DNA of 54,490 bases, the filler included, from Sluysia triapertura (lineage: Eukaryota): assembly GCA_046118255.1 (NCBI GenBank). It is 3 parts of 3 records of this genome, joined end to end, with 100 filler letters (N's around TTAATTAATTAA, not from the genome) between each part and the next. Parts side by side here need not be neighbours in the genome. Positions count along the whole stretch, not along the records: positions 1 to 22,502 come from JBJNIA010226238.1; positions 22,603 to 38,311 come from JBJNIA010221245.1; 1 more part is not named here. One strand, written 5' to 3'. Of this stretch, positions 12,156-24,867 are shown one piece after another. Both the position numbers and the translations under genes were made by a program. Position 1 is the stretch's first letter; every line of letters starts with the position of its first letter. Under the pieces are notes generated by a model that searched no databases, was not told where the DNA came from, and saw nothing but the letters and a program-made list of their open reading frames with translations.

Positions 12156-15092
12156 TCCTTTTTGACATTTCTTCAAAATGAACATAATTCAAACAATCAA
12201 ATATCGATATCTCCTTTATCACATCCAATTCCTACCGAAATAAACAGTAGCAGTTCTCCGATTATTAACACTCAGAATCACATAAACTCAGGCAATTATT
12301 CCACTTCGTCACCTTTAACAACATCGCCATCCACAGCTGCTAGTAATCAACAACTGTCTCCCATAGTAACTGTTCCACCATCCACTTCAAGTGCCTCATT
12401 AACACTTGGACCAGCTACAGAAACAGTTACCAATAATTCTAATTCTAATTTACAATTGAAATCTATCAAAAAATTATCAAAATCTTCATCAAATAAGAAA
12501 TCAGTAAATCAATCCAATAAAACTAATTCGATTCGTCGTCGAAGTTTAAGTTCAGATGAATTAAATCGATTATTGGATTCTTGTGAAGTTCCTAGTGAAG
12601 AAAATGACAATTTAGCTTTAGATAATAGTAAGCATTATTATTTTGATTAATGCGTCATTTAGATTAATGTTAACATGACCTTTACGAAACTTAAATTAAG
12701 ATTTCATTTTTAAACTTATTTATTATATCTTAATAATACTTTTTTGGTCACTGCTTATTTACGATTATTAAGTTCTTTATTTGAATTTGATACCATTTTT
12801 ATTTTTTATAAAACCAATTAACATTACATTAATTTTATTTAATTTCATATTCATTATTTAGTATCCAATTTAAACTCTAATGATAAGTTTAGAATACACT
12901 TAGCTCAATTTAGAGTGAATAGAAAGTACTGAACAAAATAGTAAGTTAGGTCATTTTAAAATATTATTTGAGACAAGGTGTGTTTCATCATCAGAAGCTA
13001 TTCCTATATTCATTTAAGGTGCTCATAAGGAACAATCGTAATAGCCAAATTATACCTAATTATACCAAATCCCTGTCAATTTCGAAATTTATCATGATGT
13101 GTGGTCAAGTGATAATTCGATAGACGTCAATGTGTATTTATATTCTTTTATATATCACTTTCCGAGACTTTCTGTAAACTACAACCTTTATCGGAGCGAT
13201 AAATGGGCACCGAAATTGTTGTTACCGAACGGAAAGTTTGGTTGTTTTTTTGCTTGCAAAGTTCAGATCCTTTTGTTACTTAGAATTATAAATTATGTTT
13301 TTAAAAGAAATAAATTGAAATTACAAAACGATTTCAAACAGTAAAACATTATTGGAAGAATTCAAGATCTAACCAGTATGAAGACTCTTCGGACCCATGA
13401 AGAGAATTTGTGAAAATAACTAAAGTTAAAGAAGATAGAATAACTTTTTTCTCCATAATTCATTCTAAATCAAATATTTTAATACCTTGTAAGAGTAAAC
13501 CTTGTAAAAATGTACTTCTATTTTCTCTAAATATAAATTTAATCGAAAACAAATTCATGAATCTGCTTCACGGTTTACAATGAGAATAAGTTTGGAGTAG
13601 ATGTAATTTAGATGTAGATATATTTTATAATATTTTGAAATTATCGGCAATCAATATTTGGGCACAAAAACTTGTTACGACAGTATAACTAAAAAACAAA
13701 TTTCGTTTCAATTGTCTGAAACAATCTCTAGTGCATATATTATCAACAAAAAGTAGGCCAATAAATGAAAAGCAATGGATTGTATTCTTGAAAACTTCAA
13801 GAACACTTCGTATCAACGCATATATTGCCAAATTCTATGTTGCAACAAAAGTATAATAAATTCTTTATAATCCACGGAAGTTAGTTATAAACTTTATTAT
13901 TATCGGATCATCCATTATCTGAAAGTTTCGTTAATCAAATGAAGTTATGAAACTTTCTCAATATTTTCAAATTCAAAACGATATGCAGTTTGTAATAAAT
14001 TGTTAGAAAATACAATCAAAATCAACATATTTCTTCAACTGGTACAGAAAATACCAAATTTGAGAAAAGTTATTGTTTATTATGCTTAGACTTCATTCTG
14101 GATGGTATCACTGTTAATTCATATGAATTTACCTCCAAAAATAAAGTTCAATAATGTACACTTCCGAAAAGTATAAATAAATGCTTTTTGATTGAAATGA
14201 TTTTAAAATGTTTTTATTTTGATTTAATGTAAATTTACATGGTGGGCAACATTTTAATGTAGCGGCATTATTTCTGTTATTCTTTATCAACATAGAATAC
14301 GCTATTTAATACGTTAATTACAGGCAAAATTCACTTATTTTATCTTTAATCACTTTTCTGTCCATGATTTTATTTGTTTGACGTGTCAAAATTGACATTT
14401 TCACAATACATCGTCTATAATTGAATTTGGTTAGCCACTGCTTTGGGTCAAGCAATATTTACCAAATACAAATTTTATGTGTCTTTGAAATACAGTAGCT
14501 CAAAGTCTATATAATTGCAATTTTACAGGAGGCAATATAGTAAGTTAAATTTGTGAAACCATAGTGACAAATAATTTGAATAACACTCACAAACTTTATA
14601 TGTTTATTCTTTTTCTGTAAATGTGTTCTCACAGACTGTCAGAATTTCCCTTCCAACCAATATATTTTTGTATGGTCAATTTTCTGGTTATTCTATTCTA
14701 AACTTTTTTACTTTCCATTTATTATTTATTTAGTGTTGATCAATTCTTCCACTTCAAATTCCGGTCAAATTAGTCTAAATTATTCAAACAATCATAATAA
14801 TCAACAGCAGCACAATCCCAAGAAAAATTATCGCTGTAAATTTTGTGGTAAAATGTACGAAATTAAAAGTAGTATCCGATATCATATACGAATAATACAC
14901 TTAAAAATGCACTTAAAAACAGCAGATATGAGATGTAAATTATGTGATCGAGTATTTACTTGCACTACAGCTGCTCAGAAACATCAAATGCGTTGCTTTA
15001 AAGCAGCTCAACTCAGCAGTGATGTTGCTGGTTTGGTAGCAACAGGAGGAAATCGTCACAGGCATCAAATTGACAAATCAATTGATAGATAA
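12156..15092 (+). CDS. C2H2 zinc-finger protein, exons 12156-12627 and 14734-15092 (first exon/start not determined)
   Basis: Ser/Thr/Asn/Pro-rich exon begins after AG at 12154-12155 and ends at a phase-1 GTAAGC donor (12628). This matches a phase-1 acceptor at 14732-14733. The last exon encodes YRCKFCGKMYEIKSSIRYHIRIIH (C2H2) and MRCKLCDRVFTCTTAAQKHQMRC (C2HC) and ends in TAA. Confidence 0.82.
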
Positions 15093-15278
15093 TCAATGTA
15101 GCGCATATATTCGAATTTAATACTGTGCGTTTCATTACCAATTTACTTGGTACGATAAAAGTAATATTGTCTTTTGTTTCCTTGGTAAACTTTATAAATA
15201 AAGTGCTTTGATTAAGAAAATTTACATATATTGTTTTCTGTGATGTAATACTATTTCGTGTACATGAATAAGGATCTC

Positions 15279-15289
15279 ATTATTATTAC

Positions 15290-15357
<68 letters not shown>
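15279..15357. repeat. (ATT)n microsatellite
   Basis: Direct reading. Confidence 0.97.
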
Positions 15358-15358
<1 letters not shown>

Positions 15359-16639
15359 GTTTAATTTTATTATTTCAAACGGCTTTTCGTGAAATATCAA
15401 GTTAAAAAGTGTGAAATAAATGAATAAAGAAATATGCAGTAATTATGATTGCTTTCTTCGTTATCATACAATATAAACAATGAATTTATTATTGTGTATT
15501 TTGTATTTTTAAACTAACATTTGTGAGAATAATTATGTAAAATTAACGGCAAAATATTAATAAAAATATTTTCTGTACTCCTTTGTGTGTTTACTCAACA
15601 CTTATAAATATTCTTAAGAATAAAAAACTATCTCATAAAACATATGCAGAGTCTTTTTCAATCACTTCAAACTTAACAAAATTTGTTTGGACTTAGCTAC
15701 AAATCACTCTGTAAAATTATTGGACTGTGAGGGATTAAATATGTATGAGAATTCGATTTAGTCTCAATGGCTAACTAGCACACTTTAATGTGCGACAAAC
15801 TCTAATTAAAAGTTATTGTAATTACAGAACAATTGCTTTTGTTAGAAATAACACCTTTCATTTTTACAAATTTATACTACTAACGCCCATATAAATGTAC
15901 TTTTAAATTAAATTATATTTTCATTAAAATTAATTAAGTGAAAGTTGTAAAAGCGACTATATTTATTTTTTAAAAAGTTGTGCACATAGTTTTGGAAATA
16001 AGTGTCTTCAATAGCTTCGCACATTATCAGCTAAACAATTTATTTTATAAATGGCGTTTTTATAAAAATTTCAGAAACTGTCATAAAAAATGTTATGTTA
16101 CATTAAACTTAATCGAAGATCAACAATATTGCACTTTTCACAAATCATTTTGTTTTTCCTTTAATTGTCTTAACAAGTTTCCTTCGGTACAAGTATCCCA
16201 ATCTACAAAGACTCATAATTTTAACTGGTTTGACTAGCTAACCAATGAAAGGAACTTATTTCGAAAACGTTTTATTATTCAAAAACTACTTAAATATTAC
16301 CTCTCAGCTGACGTGTCTAAATATGTCATCAAAATCAAATCATAATCATACTTAAATTGATAGCTAGTACGTATTATACAGTAATATTGACAATTAAGTG
16401 GTTACAGACATTTATCAAAACAGCATTAATATATTAGTAATACACATGATGTAAAACTAATGAATGCATTGCAAATAAGCTGTTCTCTCTCTACATCATT
16501 GCTGTGCATGAATTATATAACTAGATCAAACGTATTTTTTATGTAGTTCCTTAATATGGGAAAGATGTTTTCATATATTTTTCTTTTTATCATATCAAAC
16601 TTATTTGGATATTTTGGCATGAGATTGCGAATTCTAAAT

Positions 16640-16893
16640 CAATTCTTATTACCGATAATATTTTCCCAAGCTTGTAAAGGAATATTCATTCCAAATTGTG
16701 TTAAATATAAATCAATCAGATTCGGTAAACAAATTTTAGAGCCATTGTTTACTATTAAATTTTCGTTGTATTCATTAATAGAAGTTGAAAATAGCACTGA
16801 ATCTTGATTCGTAGAAAAATTATTAGTTAATAAAAGCGAATCAATTTTGTTGTTTGATTTATTGTGTTCTACAGATTCTAGAAATTGAATAAT
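16640..16893 (-). CDS. Possible exon or pseudo-exon of an unknown gene
   Basis: Strong TTTTCAG acceptor followed by about 84 stop-free codons (IIQFLESVEHNK...CLPNLIDLYLTQFGMNIPLQAWENII). The frame continues past one TGA. No domain recognised. Confidence 0.35.
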
Positions 16894-18289
16894 CTGAAAA
16901 TAATTAAAACAAAAATCAATAAAAAAGCTTTGTAATTTAAATGCATATCACACTAAAGTGCAAAAAATGGCAAGTTGTTATAGTAGAATTAAAATCAATT
17001 AAATTATTTTAAAATGAGTGATTTTATAGGTTTGTAAACAAAGAGTTTAATATTATTTTCAAATAATAAAAAATTTCAAAGTCTTGAAAATCAAAAAGTT
17101 ACAATTTTTACATGTTAACATTTTAACAGAAAGTATATATTTGGATTACGTAACACGTCAAGGTAAAATATGTAAATATATTATGAAACTAACGGTCCAC
17201 CAAAATTTAATAATAGTTTACAAATAATAACAGTGATGATAATTTTATAATAGTAATTCAAATAATATAATATTCATGTTAAATAATAAACAACCAAGAA
17301 ATACTTGGTTTTCTAAATTTAAAAACAGATTTATATAAAGAACTTATCATTTGAAATAAAATGTTTATAACAACTATATGCATAAGCAATTTTGACATAA
17401 AGTACTATAAATATTGCTGAATTTTAATACTAGTTAAAAAATGTATTAAAAACCAAATAAATAAATAAAACGCAATTCCTTTTAATAAGAATCAGTGAAC
17501 GCAAGAGCAATAATACTTATATTCCACATCTACAATAACTTCGATTGATATAAATTCAATACTCAAAATCATTGTGATGGTTTATTCTAATAAGCACTAA
17601 AATAGAGGCAAAATCTTTTGATAATACTTTTCTTCGGACATTTTAAATAACCTGTTAAATATAATTGAAGTGATTTAAAAAAGGATCTTCTTTAAACATT
17701 CAATCATTATTTTTGCTTTTTGTAACTAGTATATCTTGTGGTTCAAAATTACGATTAGTATTTGATAAAAATATCATTAAATTATTATTTAAATTAATCC
17801 ACATAACATATTTTAAATAGAAGCATAAATTAAAGGGAAAGGTAAAAAAGGTAAATTATATTTTAATATCATATAAAATCAAATTACCCATTTTCACCTC
17901 CTACATAAAAAAGGTTAAAATCAATATTTTTCACCTTAGTTTAAAAAGAAGTTAAAATAGATTATTTAATAATAAGCAACAAAGTTAAGAATAATAATAA
18001 TAAAAATATTGTTGATCTAACTGATATTTTCTAAATTACTAAGTACATATTATACAAAAAATTGAGTAAGGATTACTATTGACCTTTATATTCTTTAAAT
18101 GTTATTAATACTGTTAAAATCCTTTGAATGAGCCATTAAGTTTGTAAGTCTTTGATCACAGGCAAACCCATTTCATTTCATAATCATAAACAAAATAACA
18201 TTGATTTTAAAGTTTTTTAAATTTTTTCTTAGATTAAGTCCCACTTTAACTTTACATTAATTATCAATAATAATATAAGTGACAATTTA

Positions 18290-19110
18290 ATCGAACTGGA
18301 CCTTAAGTCATTACGTTTTTTCAAACAAAGAGTTCAGTTTCGGCCAGAAGCTAAAACCTATTTCATGAAAATGCTTTGCTTGTTAGGAATGAGACCGCGA
18401 TGCCCACAAGGATAAAAAAAACCTAATAAAAATAATATATACATCAACACCTCAATGATAGACTTACAAAATAATTAAACAAAAACAAAACACAATCACA
18501 TAACAAATTTGCAGAAACGCCTCCCCAAATCTTACTTAATACGCCACATTCTTTAAATACAAATGCTCTCAAACAACACAAATCATATCATCCACAATAT
18601 TTTAAACCTATACCATATCATAAACTTCCAAAACCACCAACCTTTCGGTTAACAGCCAAACATTCAAACTTTGTATCCGGCACTTCCGCGTTTTGATTGC
18701 ATTCGTCTAGCTTCTGAAGTGGTTTTCTTATTCGATTTCATTCGAGAAAAAGATTCAGCTATTTTGCTTTCTTGTTCCTTGCCCCCTTTTTTCTGATATA
18801 GCAAGTTAACTTGGTCAACAACAATTCAACTTCTGGAAATATCATCGACTGTCCAGGAACTAATGGTCCTATTAAATCACAAAAACATACGGCCAACCCA
18901 CACGCTCCGTTGACAACGCAGTATATCATCGATGGACTTTCTGTTTTTGCCAGACTCGGATGATCTAGCTTACTTTGATTAATACCACATTAACCTCGAT
19001 TTATCATTTATATTAATATTATTATATACACTTTGTAATTTTCTTTTCGTTTTATTTTTCATTTTCGATTTGTGGACAAATCTTCCTGTGCGGGGAAGTA
19101 TTTGTGAGAA
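18290..19110 (+). mobile_element. Heavily decayed Ty3/Gypsy-like LTR retrotransposon relic
   Basis: Fragments FVSGTSA (possible protease DSG remnant) and TTQYIIDGLSVFARL (resembles the HxIxTxGPPVFARPRRL motif before Gypsy RT). Purine tract GGGGAAGTA followed by TTTGTGAG near 19092-19108 resembles a polypurine tract/LTR junction. Confidence 0.4.
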
Positions 19111-19326
19111 TTGCAAGACATTGAGGCTAAAATAATAATAATAAATTCAATAATAATAATAATGATAATAATAATACCACAGATTATTCAGATTATTAAT
19201 ATATATACTTTGTCATTTTCTTTTCGTTTTATTTTTCATTTTCGATTTGTGGACAAATCTTCCTTTGCGGTGAAGTATTTATGAGAATGGCAGGACGTTG
19301 ATGCTAAAATAATAACAATTAATTCA

Positions 19327-19340
<14 letters not shown>
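19024..19340. repeat. Tandem duplication, 177-bp offset, about 140 bp of shared sequence
   Basis: TTTTCTTTTCGTTTTATTTTTCATTTTCGATTTGTGGACAAATCTTCCT... occurs twice (TGTGGACAAA at 19071 and 19248) with scattered substitutions; each copy ends in an AAT run. Confidence 0.93.
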
Positions 19341-19375
<35 letters not shown>

Positions 19376-21068
19376 GTTTAAAAACAATAATAACAATAAA
19401 CCTGCTATTCTCATCGAAACTTTATAAATAATTAATTGATACAAAAAATATAACATTACCAGTTGTTGAATATGATTACCTAAATGTATAATTAGTTAAA
19501 GAAAAATATATTTTTACCTGATGTTTAATTGAAAAATAATTGTAAAAATTAAGAATGCAGTTTATACGTATGTATAATATATTGTTTGCTTTGAGTTCTT
19601 TGAGTTATATGTCTCTAAATAATCACGTACATCTGTTAATTCACTTAACTTGTTTAAAAGTTCGACTCAATCTAAATACTTATCTTTAATGTCGTGAATC
19701 ATGTACTCGTTTCAGCCTTTCGAGATGGAAGTGCTCAATTTAAATATTATTACTAAACGCTTTACCTTATTTAAATCGCGTGTTGTGAGCTTTATTGTGC
19801 CACTTTCTATTCTGTGGTATGCTTTAATAGACCTTGATTATTTTGTCAGCGTTTCGCTAATAAACTTTAATTAAACTTAAATTTGTTAGACCTTTTATAA
19901 AATTTTTAATTTATCAACTGTCAAACTCTTTATAACTCTTGATTTATCAAAATTATTTTATAAGCCTTTAATTTATCAGACATAATATAAAATTTTTAAT
20001 CTATCAATCTTTTTTATAAACTGTATCTCACTTTATATAAACTTTATTTTTCTATGTTACTCTGTTTTCAATCTCTATTTATCTACCAAAAACAACTTTG
20101 ATATAACAAAGTTGTATCAAATGACACAAGTAAGATTTAATTTATCAGTATTATACCTTATACAAATAGAGTTGAATATACGCGTAATATAAAACAAAAT
20201 TTAACATCAACGAAAATCAACAATAAAATTCAATTTTATAATTTATCACTCAGACTAAAACTTACTAAAATAGCAAGAATTGTTTGTTAATAGTTAGATT
20301 TTGTCTCAAATTATTTATTTATTTATTCTGTTACCAACTGTTCGAGAAACTGATGTCGGAGAATATAACTAATGTCCGTAAATGATCCAATGATCGAATC
20401 GTTCCAATTGCACTGCACATTAAAATAACGCGCTTAATAACTACAATAATATTCTTGAGTTTTAACGATGTATTTATAGTTTTTAGAAGGTCAATAAATG
20501 TATTATTTTATATAAGCAGCATTTAATATTACTGCTTGTGTAATCTCTATAGTATAGGTATAATAATTATCACAAAAATGACTGATTCACATATTACAGT
20601 TATTTAGTTACATGAAAAGTTAGTATTACAATTATTTTTTAATATCAATGATTTGGGTTTTCGTTGATTTTGAAATCATATTACTTCTATCTATTATGCT
20701 TAATCTTTAATTTAAAATGATTTTTATCGAATGATGCTTTTAAATTTCGATTACATATCTCTATTTAATCCTATTTTAACATGATTTTATTTTATTTACA
20801 CAATATTCTAAATGTTGTTTTTAAAATGATTTTGATCGAATATTTAATTTTAAAATTTAATTTCATATTATTTTTATTTAATCTTAATTGAGAATGATTT
20901 TATTTTTTTAATCAGCTGTGGTAGTAGAATTTAATGTTCATAAATTTTGATTGTCTATATACAATCTCAATTTAAAATGATTACTTTGTACTACAATTTC
21001 AATTTAAAATGATTGTTATTTATTACTAAATTTTGATTTTATATTACCTCTATGTAATCTCAATTTAA

Positions 21069-22502
21069 CACTAAACATACCATAACGGGTCAAATGACCC
21101 ATTTTGAACTTTTGCAGTGAAAATGCACGTATAATTTTATTGCGTTTGCACATTTGACTTCATGACTTTTTCTAAATAATTAATGTACAGTTATAAAAAA
21201 ATTTTTTTTTGTTTTGTTTTGTTTATTCTGAGTAATTCTTGTTGTATACCGATATCTACCACAACGGGTCATTTGACCCTGAGAGAATTTTTTTGTTTTA
21301 TGAGATTATCGAGTCATATTTGTAGTCAGTAAGTTGCACATTCTTCCAAAGACTGTTGCGTAAAGTAGTTCAACGAAAATAGCTCAGAATAATTTCAATA
21401 AAATATCAAATTTTAGATTGAAAATAGCTTTTTAGTGTAAGAAAAAGTGGCAAAAATTGAAAGTATTGGTAAGTACCTAGCTTATATTTTATTTAGATAG
21501 CTATAGTAATACAGGTCATTTTTTACCCAGAAAAATGTCGAAGCAAACAAGACAGTACAAGTTCTTAGAACATATAAATAATATTGGCGAAGAATTTTCA
21601 GAAATTAGTGAAGATGAATTTTCTGAAAATGAAGATATATTGGTTGCAAATAAAAATGAGTTTGATTCTACAGATACTGTTGATGAAAAGGAAAATATTG
21701 TGAATGTATGTAGTGGCCGAAAAAGAATAAGATTACTCTCAAGTTCGGAAGAAAGTGAAGTAGAAATAAATAAACAAAATGTTGCGAATGATGGATCTGT
21801 TTGGCAACAAATGCAAGTAGGTGGCTCACCTGGAAGAGCACCACTTCATAACATTTTCAGGCAAGAAGTAGGCCCAACAGGATATGCAAAACGTCATATA
21901 ATGAAAGGTAAAGTTAGTTCTGCATTTTCATTGATAATTGACCACCATATTATGAACCATATAAGAACATGCACAATAGAAGAAGCAAAGAGAGTGTTAG
22001 GTTCCGATTGGAGTTTATCTAAACAAAAATTAGATGCATTTATTGCAATTTTATATGCTCGAGCTGCATATGGAGCAAATAATTTGAATATTTCCTTTTT
22101 GTGGAATAACATATGGGGGCCTAAATTTTTTTCTGAAACTATGAGCAGAAATAATTTTATCGAAATTCTTAGATTCATTCGTTTTGATAAAAAAAGTCAG
22201 CGGAGCCAACGTTTGAAAACAGATAAATTCGCTATGGTATCTGCAATTTGGAATATTTTCATTGAGAACAGCCAAAACTGTTACAAACCGGGAGAAAATA
22301 TTACTATAGACGAACAGCTATTTCCGACTAAAGTACGATGTAGATTTACACAGTACATGCCTAACAAGCCGGATAAATTTGGAATCAAATTTTGGTTAGC
22401 ATCGGACGTCGATAGCAAATACGTCATAAATGCACTTCCATATCTTGGAAAAGATGAATATAGGCCCTCTTCAGTACCACTCTCTGAATATGTTGTACTC
22501 AA
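21069..22502 (+). mobile_element. piggyBac transposon, left end and 5' part, truncated by the gap
   Basis: TTAA (21065-21068) followed by CACTAAACATACC. Repeated subterminal palindrome GGGTCAAATGACCC (21087-21100) / GGGTCATTTGACCC (21266-21279). Transposase ORF follows. Confidence 0.9.
21535..22502 (+). CDS. piggyBac transposase (3' partial)
   Basis: Uninterrupted ORF of about 322 codons with an acidic N-terminus, MSRNNFIEILRFIRFD, and ITIDEQLFPTKVRCRFTQYMPNKPDKFGIKFW containing the first catalytic Asp. Confidence 0.95.
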
Positions 22503-22602
22503 NNNNNNNNNNNNNNNNNNNNNNNNNNNNNNNNNNNNNNNNNNNNTTAATTAATTAANNNNNNNNNNNNNNNNNNNNNNNNNNNNNNNNNNNNNNNNNN
22601 NN
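22503..22602. other. Artificial contig linker / gap
   Basis: 44 N + TTAATTAATTAA (stops in all six frames) + 44 N, exactly 100 bp and identical to the second linker. Confidence 0.97.
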
Positions 22603-22679
22603 GGAAAAACCGGGACATTTTTAACAACCGGCCGGGACGCCGGGACAAGTTCTTAAAACCGGGACGGTTGGAAACCCTA
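22603..22679. mobile_element. Terminus of a hAT-type (Blackjack-like) element
   Basis: Four CCGGGAC subterminal repeats and the end GGTTGGAAACCCTA (reverse complement TAGGGTTTCCAACC). Confidence 0.65.
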
Positions 22680-23044
22680 ATTATCGTTAATATATATATA
22701 ATAGTTATAATAGAGTTATAATAGTTATTAACTTAACGTTAAACCGTCTAGTCGGCTTGGAATTAGGTAACAAAGTTGAAATTAATTTTCATTAATAAAG
22801 TTAATATTTTCCTGCAGAATAATATATTTCAAATTTAAACCCTCTTTAGCTAAATAAATTTAAAAATCTTATAGATACGTCTTTCGCAAGAACATAAAAC
22901 GTATATTGTAGGTGGACTCACAATACTAATAAGATTACTTTGCAAGAAAAATTCACAGTATATTTAATGCAGTCTTATCTCATAATAATTTGATTTCTCA
23001 CTATTAATAAAATTGATATCAAATTTATATTTAATTAACTTTAG

Positions 23045-24765
23045 GTTGAAGATCCGGATGATTGGTTACGTTATGGTTGTCCGTGGATTCGAATTAGACC
23101 TGAATATAATTATAAAGTTCAATTCCATGGAAATGTTGTTGACGGACCTAATGGATCACGATCTTGGATTAATACAGTTACATTACTTGCAGTTCCAGCG
23201 GATATGCCAGTTCCAGGTTATCAAAATAATACTTGCAATACATTGAGACTTTGGTCAGCTAAATCTGAAATGACCTTCGATTTTGGACAGTTTAATACTG
23301 GCGATTATATTCAAGTAATGTTAATTATATAGTAAGCTTATTTAAAATAAGTTTTGTTATTTCAATGAAACTTGTCTAACATGGACCATGCATAATGAAT
23401 ATGTCGCTTGAATTTGAGACCCCAAATATAAAGTGGGATCAATATGAATAAAATAAAAAACAAATAAAAATTTATTAAAAACTACGTTCTACAATTTACA
23501 CTACCGAGACTCTGCTACTCTTTGTTCGCATAGAACCGAAAATTTTGTATATAAAATTCCGATATTAGTTATTTCCTAATTGTCGTTTTTAGAAGATTGT
23601 TTGCAATGAATTTAGTTACAAAATCGATAATAATAATCCAAAAAATATCAAGTCCTTGTGTGGTTTAATTATGGCTTTAAAACATTCATTTTTCTTAAAA
23701 ATAATGAAATTGCAGTTTCATTCCTCATATTTTATTTTGCAGAAATTTCTGTTCTATTCCTTCAAAAAAGTTTCACATATGCATTAGAGCTTTCTTTTCT
23801 ATATTTACACGGAAAATATGTAACCGTTATTGTGCAAAGACATTTTAAAATATTGTACACTGAACCATGAATAAACTCAGGCATCTGTAATATTTTTTAT
23901 TTTTTTTATGTTTGTGATGACTCTTTGTGTTGTAACTTTTCTGATAATTGAAAATATTTTCACATCTTTATTTGTCTATCCTATAAATTGTAGAGTGAGT
24001 AAGTGAAACCTTAACATGAAAAGAAAACAGTCTACTCATGCAACTGAAGACAAAGCATACAAAACATATGAAACTGGGACACGAATTATATTCTTGTAAT
24101 TTCTGCCCAAATGTAAAACTTATACCATATTATTTTACTTTTCATGTTCAAAAATAAAATTTTCTGAAATAATCTAGCAAAACATAAAAATTACTATTCT
24201 ATTATACAAAATTGATATTAAAATCTAAAATATTAAAACTTGAGAAATATACTTTCAAAATAATGTGTTTTTTTTACTTTGCAATCAACCAATTGGATCG
24301 CTCACACTTGTGACCTCGCTAAACTACTAAAAAATAACTAAAAAATAATAATAAATCAAAAATCAGAGTTTATTATTATTTTGTATTTCAAATTTTAAAA
24401 ATTTTTATCTATAATTGAATGAATTTTGAAGTAAAAATTATTTTAACTTAAAAATTAATATTATTTAATTAAATTTTAAGGCTGTTATCGATAAAAATAT
24501 GGCAGAAAATTTAACTAGAGTTTTATATCCAAATGATAATTTTTTTGAAGGCAAACAACTGCGATTGAAGCAAGAATATTTTCTTGTTTCTGCTTCATTA
24601 CAAGACATAATTAGACGATATAAACGTGGACCTGGTGGAAAAAGGACAAGTTTTGATCAATTTTCATCGAAAGTGGCAATTCAATTGAATGATACTCATC
24701 CTTCTATTGGTATTGCTGAGCTTATGCGAATTTTGGTTGATGAAGAAAAAATACCATGGAATAAA
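23045..24765 (+). CDS. PYG: Glycogen phosphorylase, two internal exons (23045-23314 and 24481-24765)
   Basis: [14 protein letters not shown]...[20 protein letters not shown]...FNTGDYIQ joined to [48 protein letters not shown]...[25 protein letters not shown]. All boundaries are phase-0 GT-AG. Confidence 0.96.
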
Positions 24766-24867
24766 GTTAGAACTTAAACATGTACATTTTGAAACCATTA
24801 AATAACATTTTTAAACATATTTATGCGTTTAATGCTTTTACTCAATATCATTAAACACACTTAACCG

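Noticed and set aside
13000-14200. GC-richer intronic block with ORFs 13099-13344 and 13625-13831
   Set aside because: Probably a decayed TE, but no motif or terminus could be recognised to support a call.
16634-16652. 19-nt GT-AG micro-intron that would remove a TGA
   Set aside because: Splicing shifts into a frame that stops within about 15 codons, and it is far shorter than the other introns here.
21894-22502. Three minus-strand ORFs
   Set aside because: Antisense shadows of the piggyBac transposase.
22547-22558. TTAATTAATTAA as a piggyBac target-site duplication
   Set aside because: Part of the artificial linker, repeated identically at 38356-38367.
23013-23246. 77-aa plus ORF
   Set aside because: Wrong frame over the glycogen phosphorylase exon.
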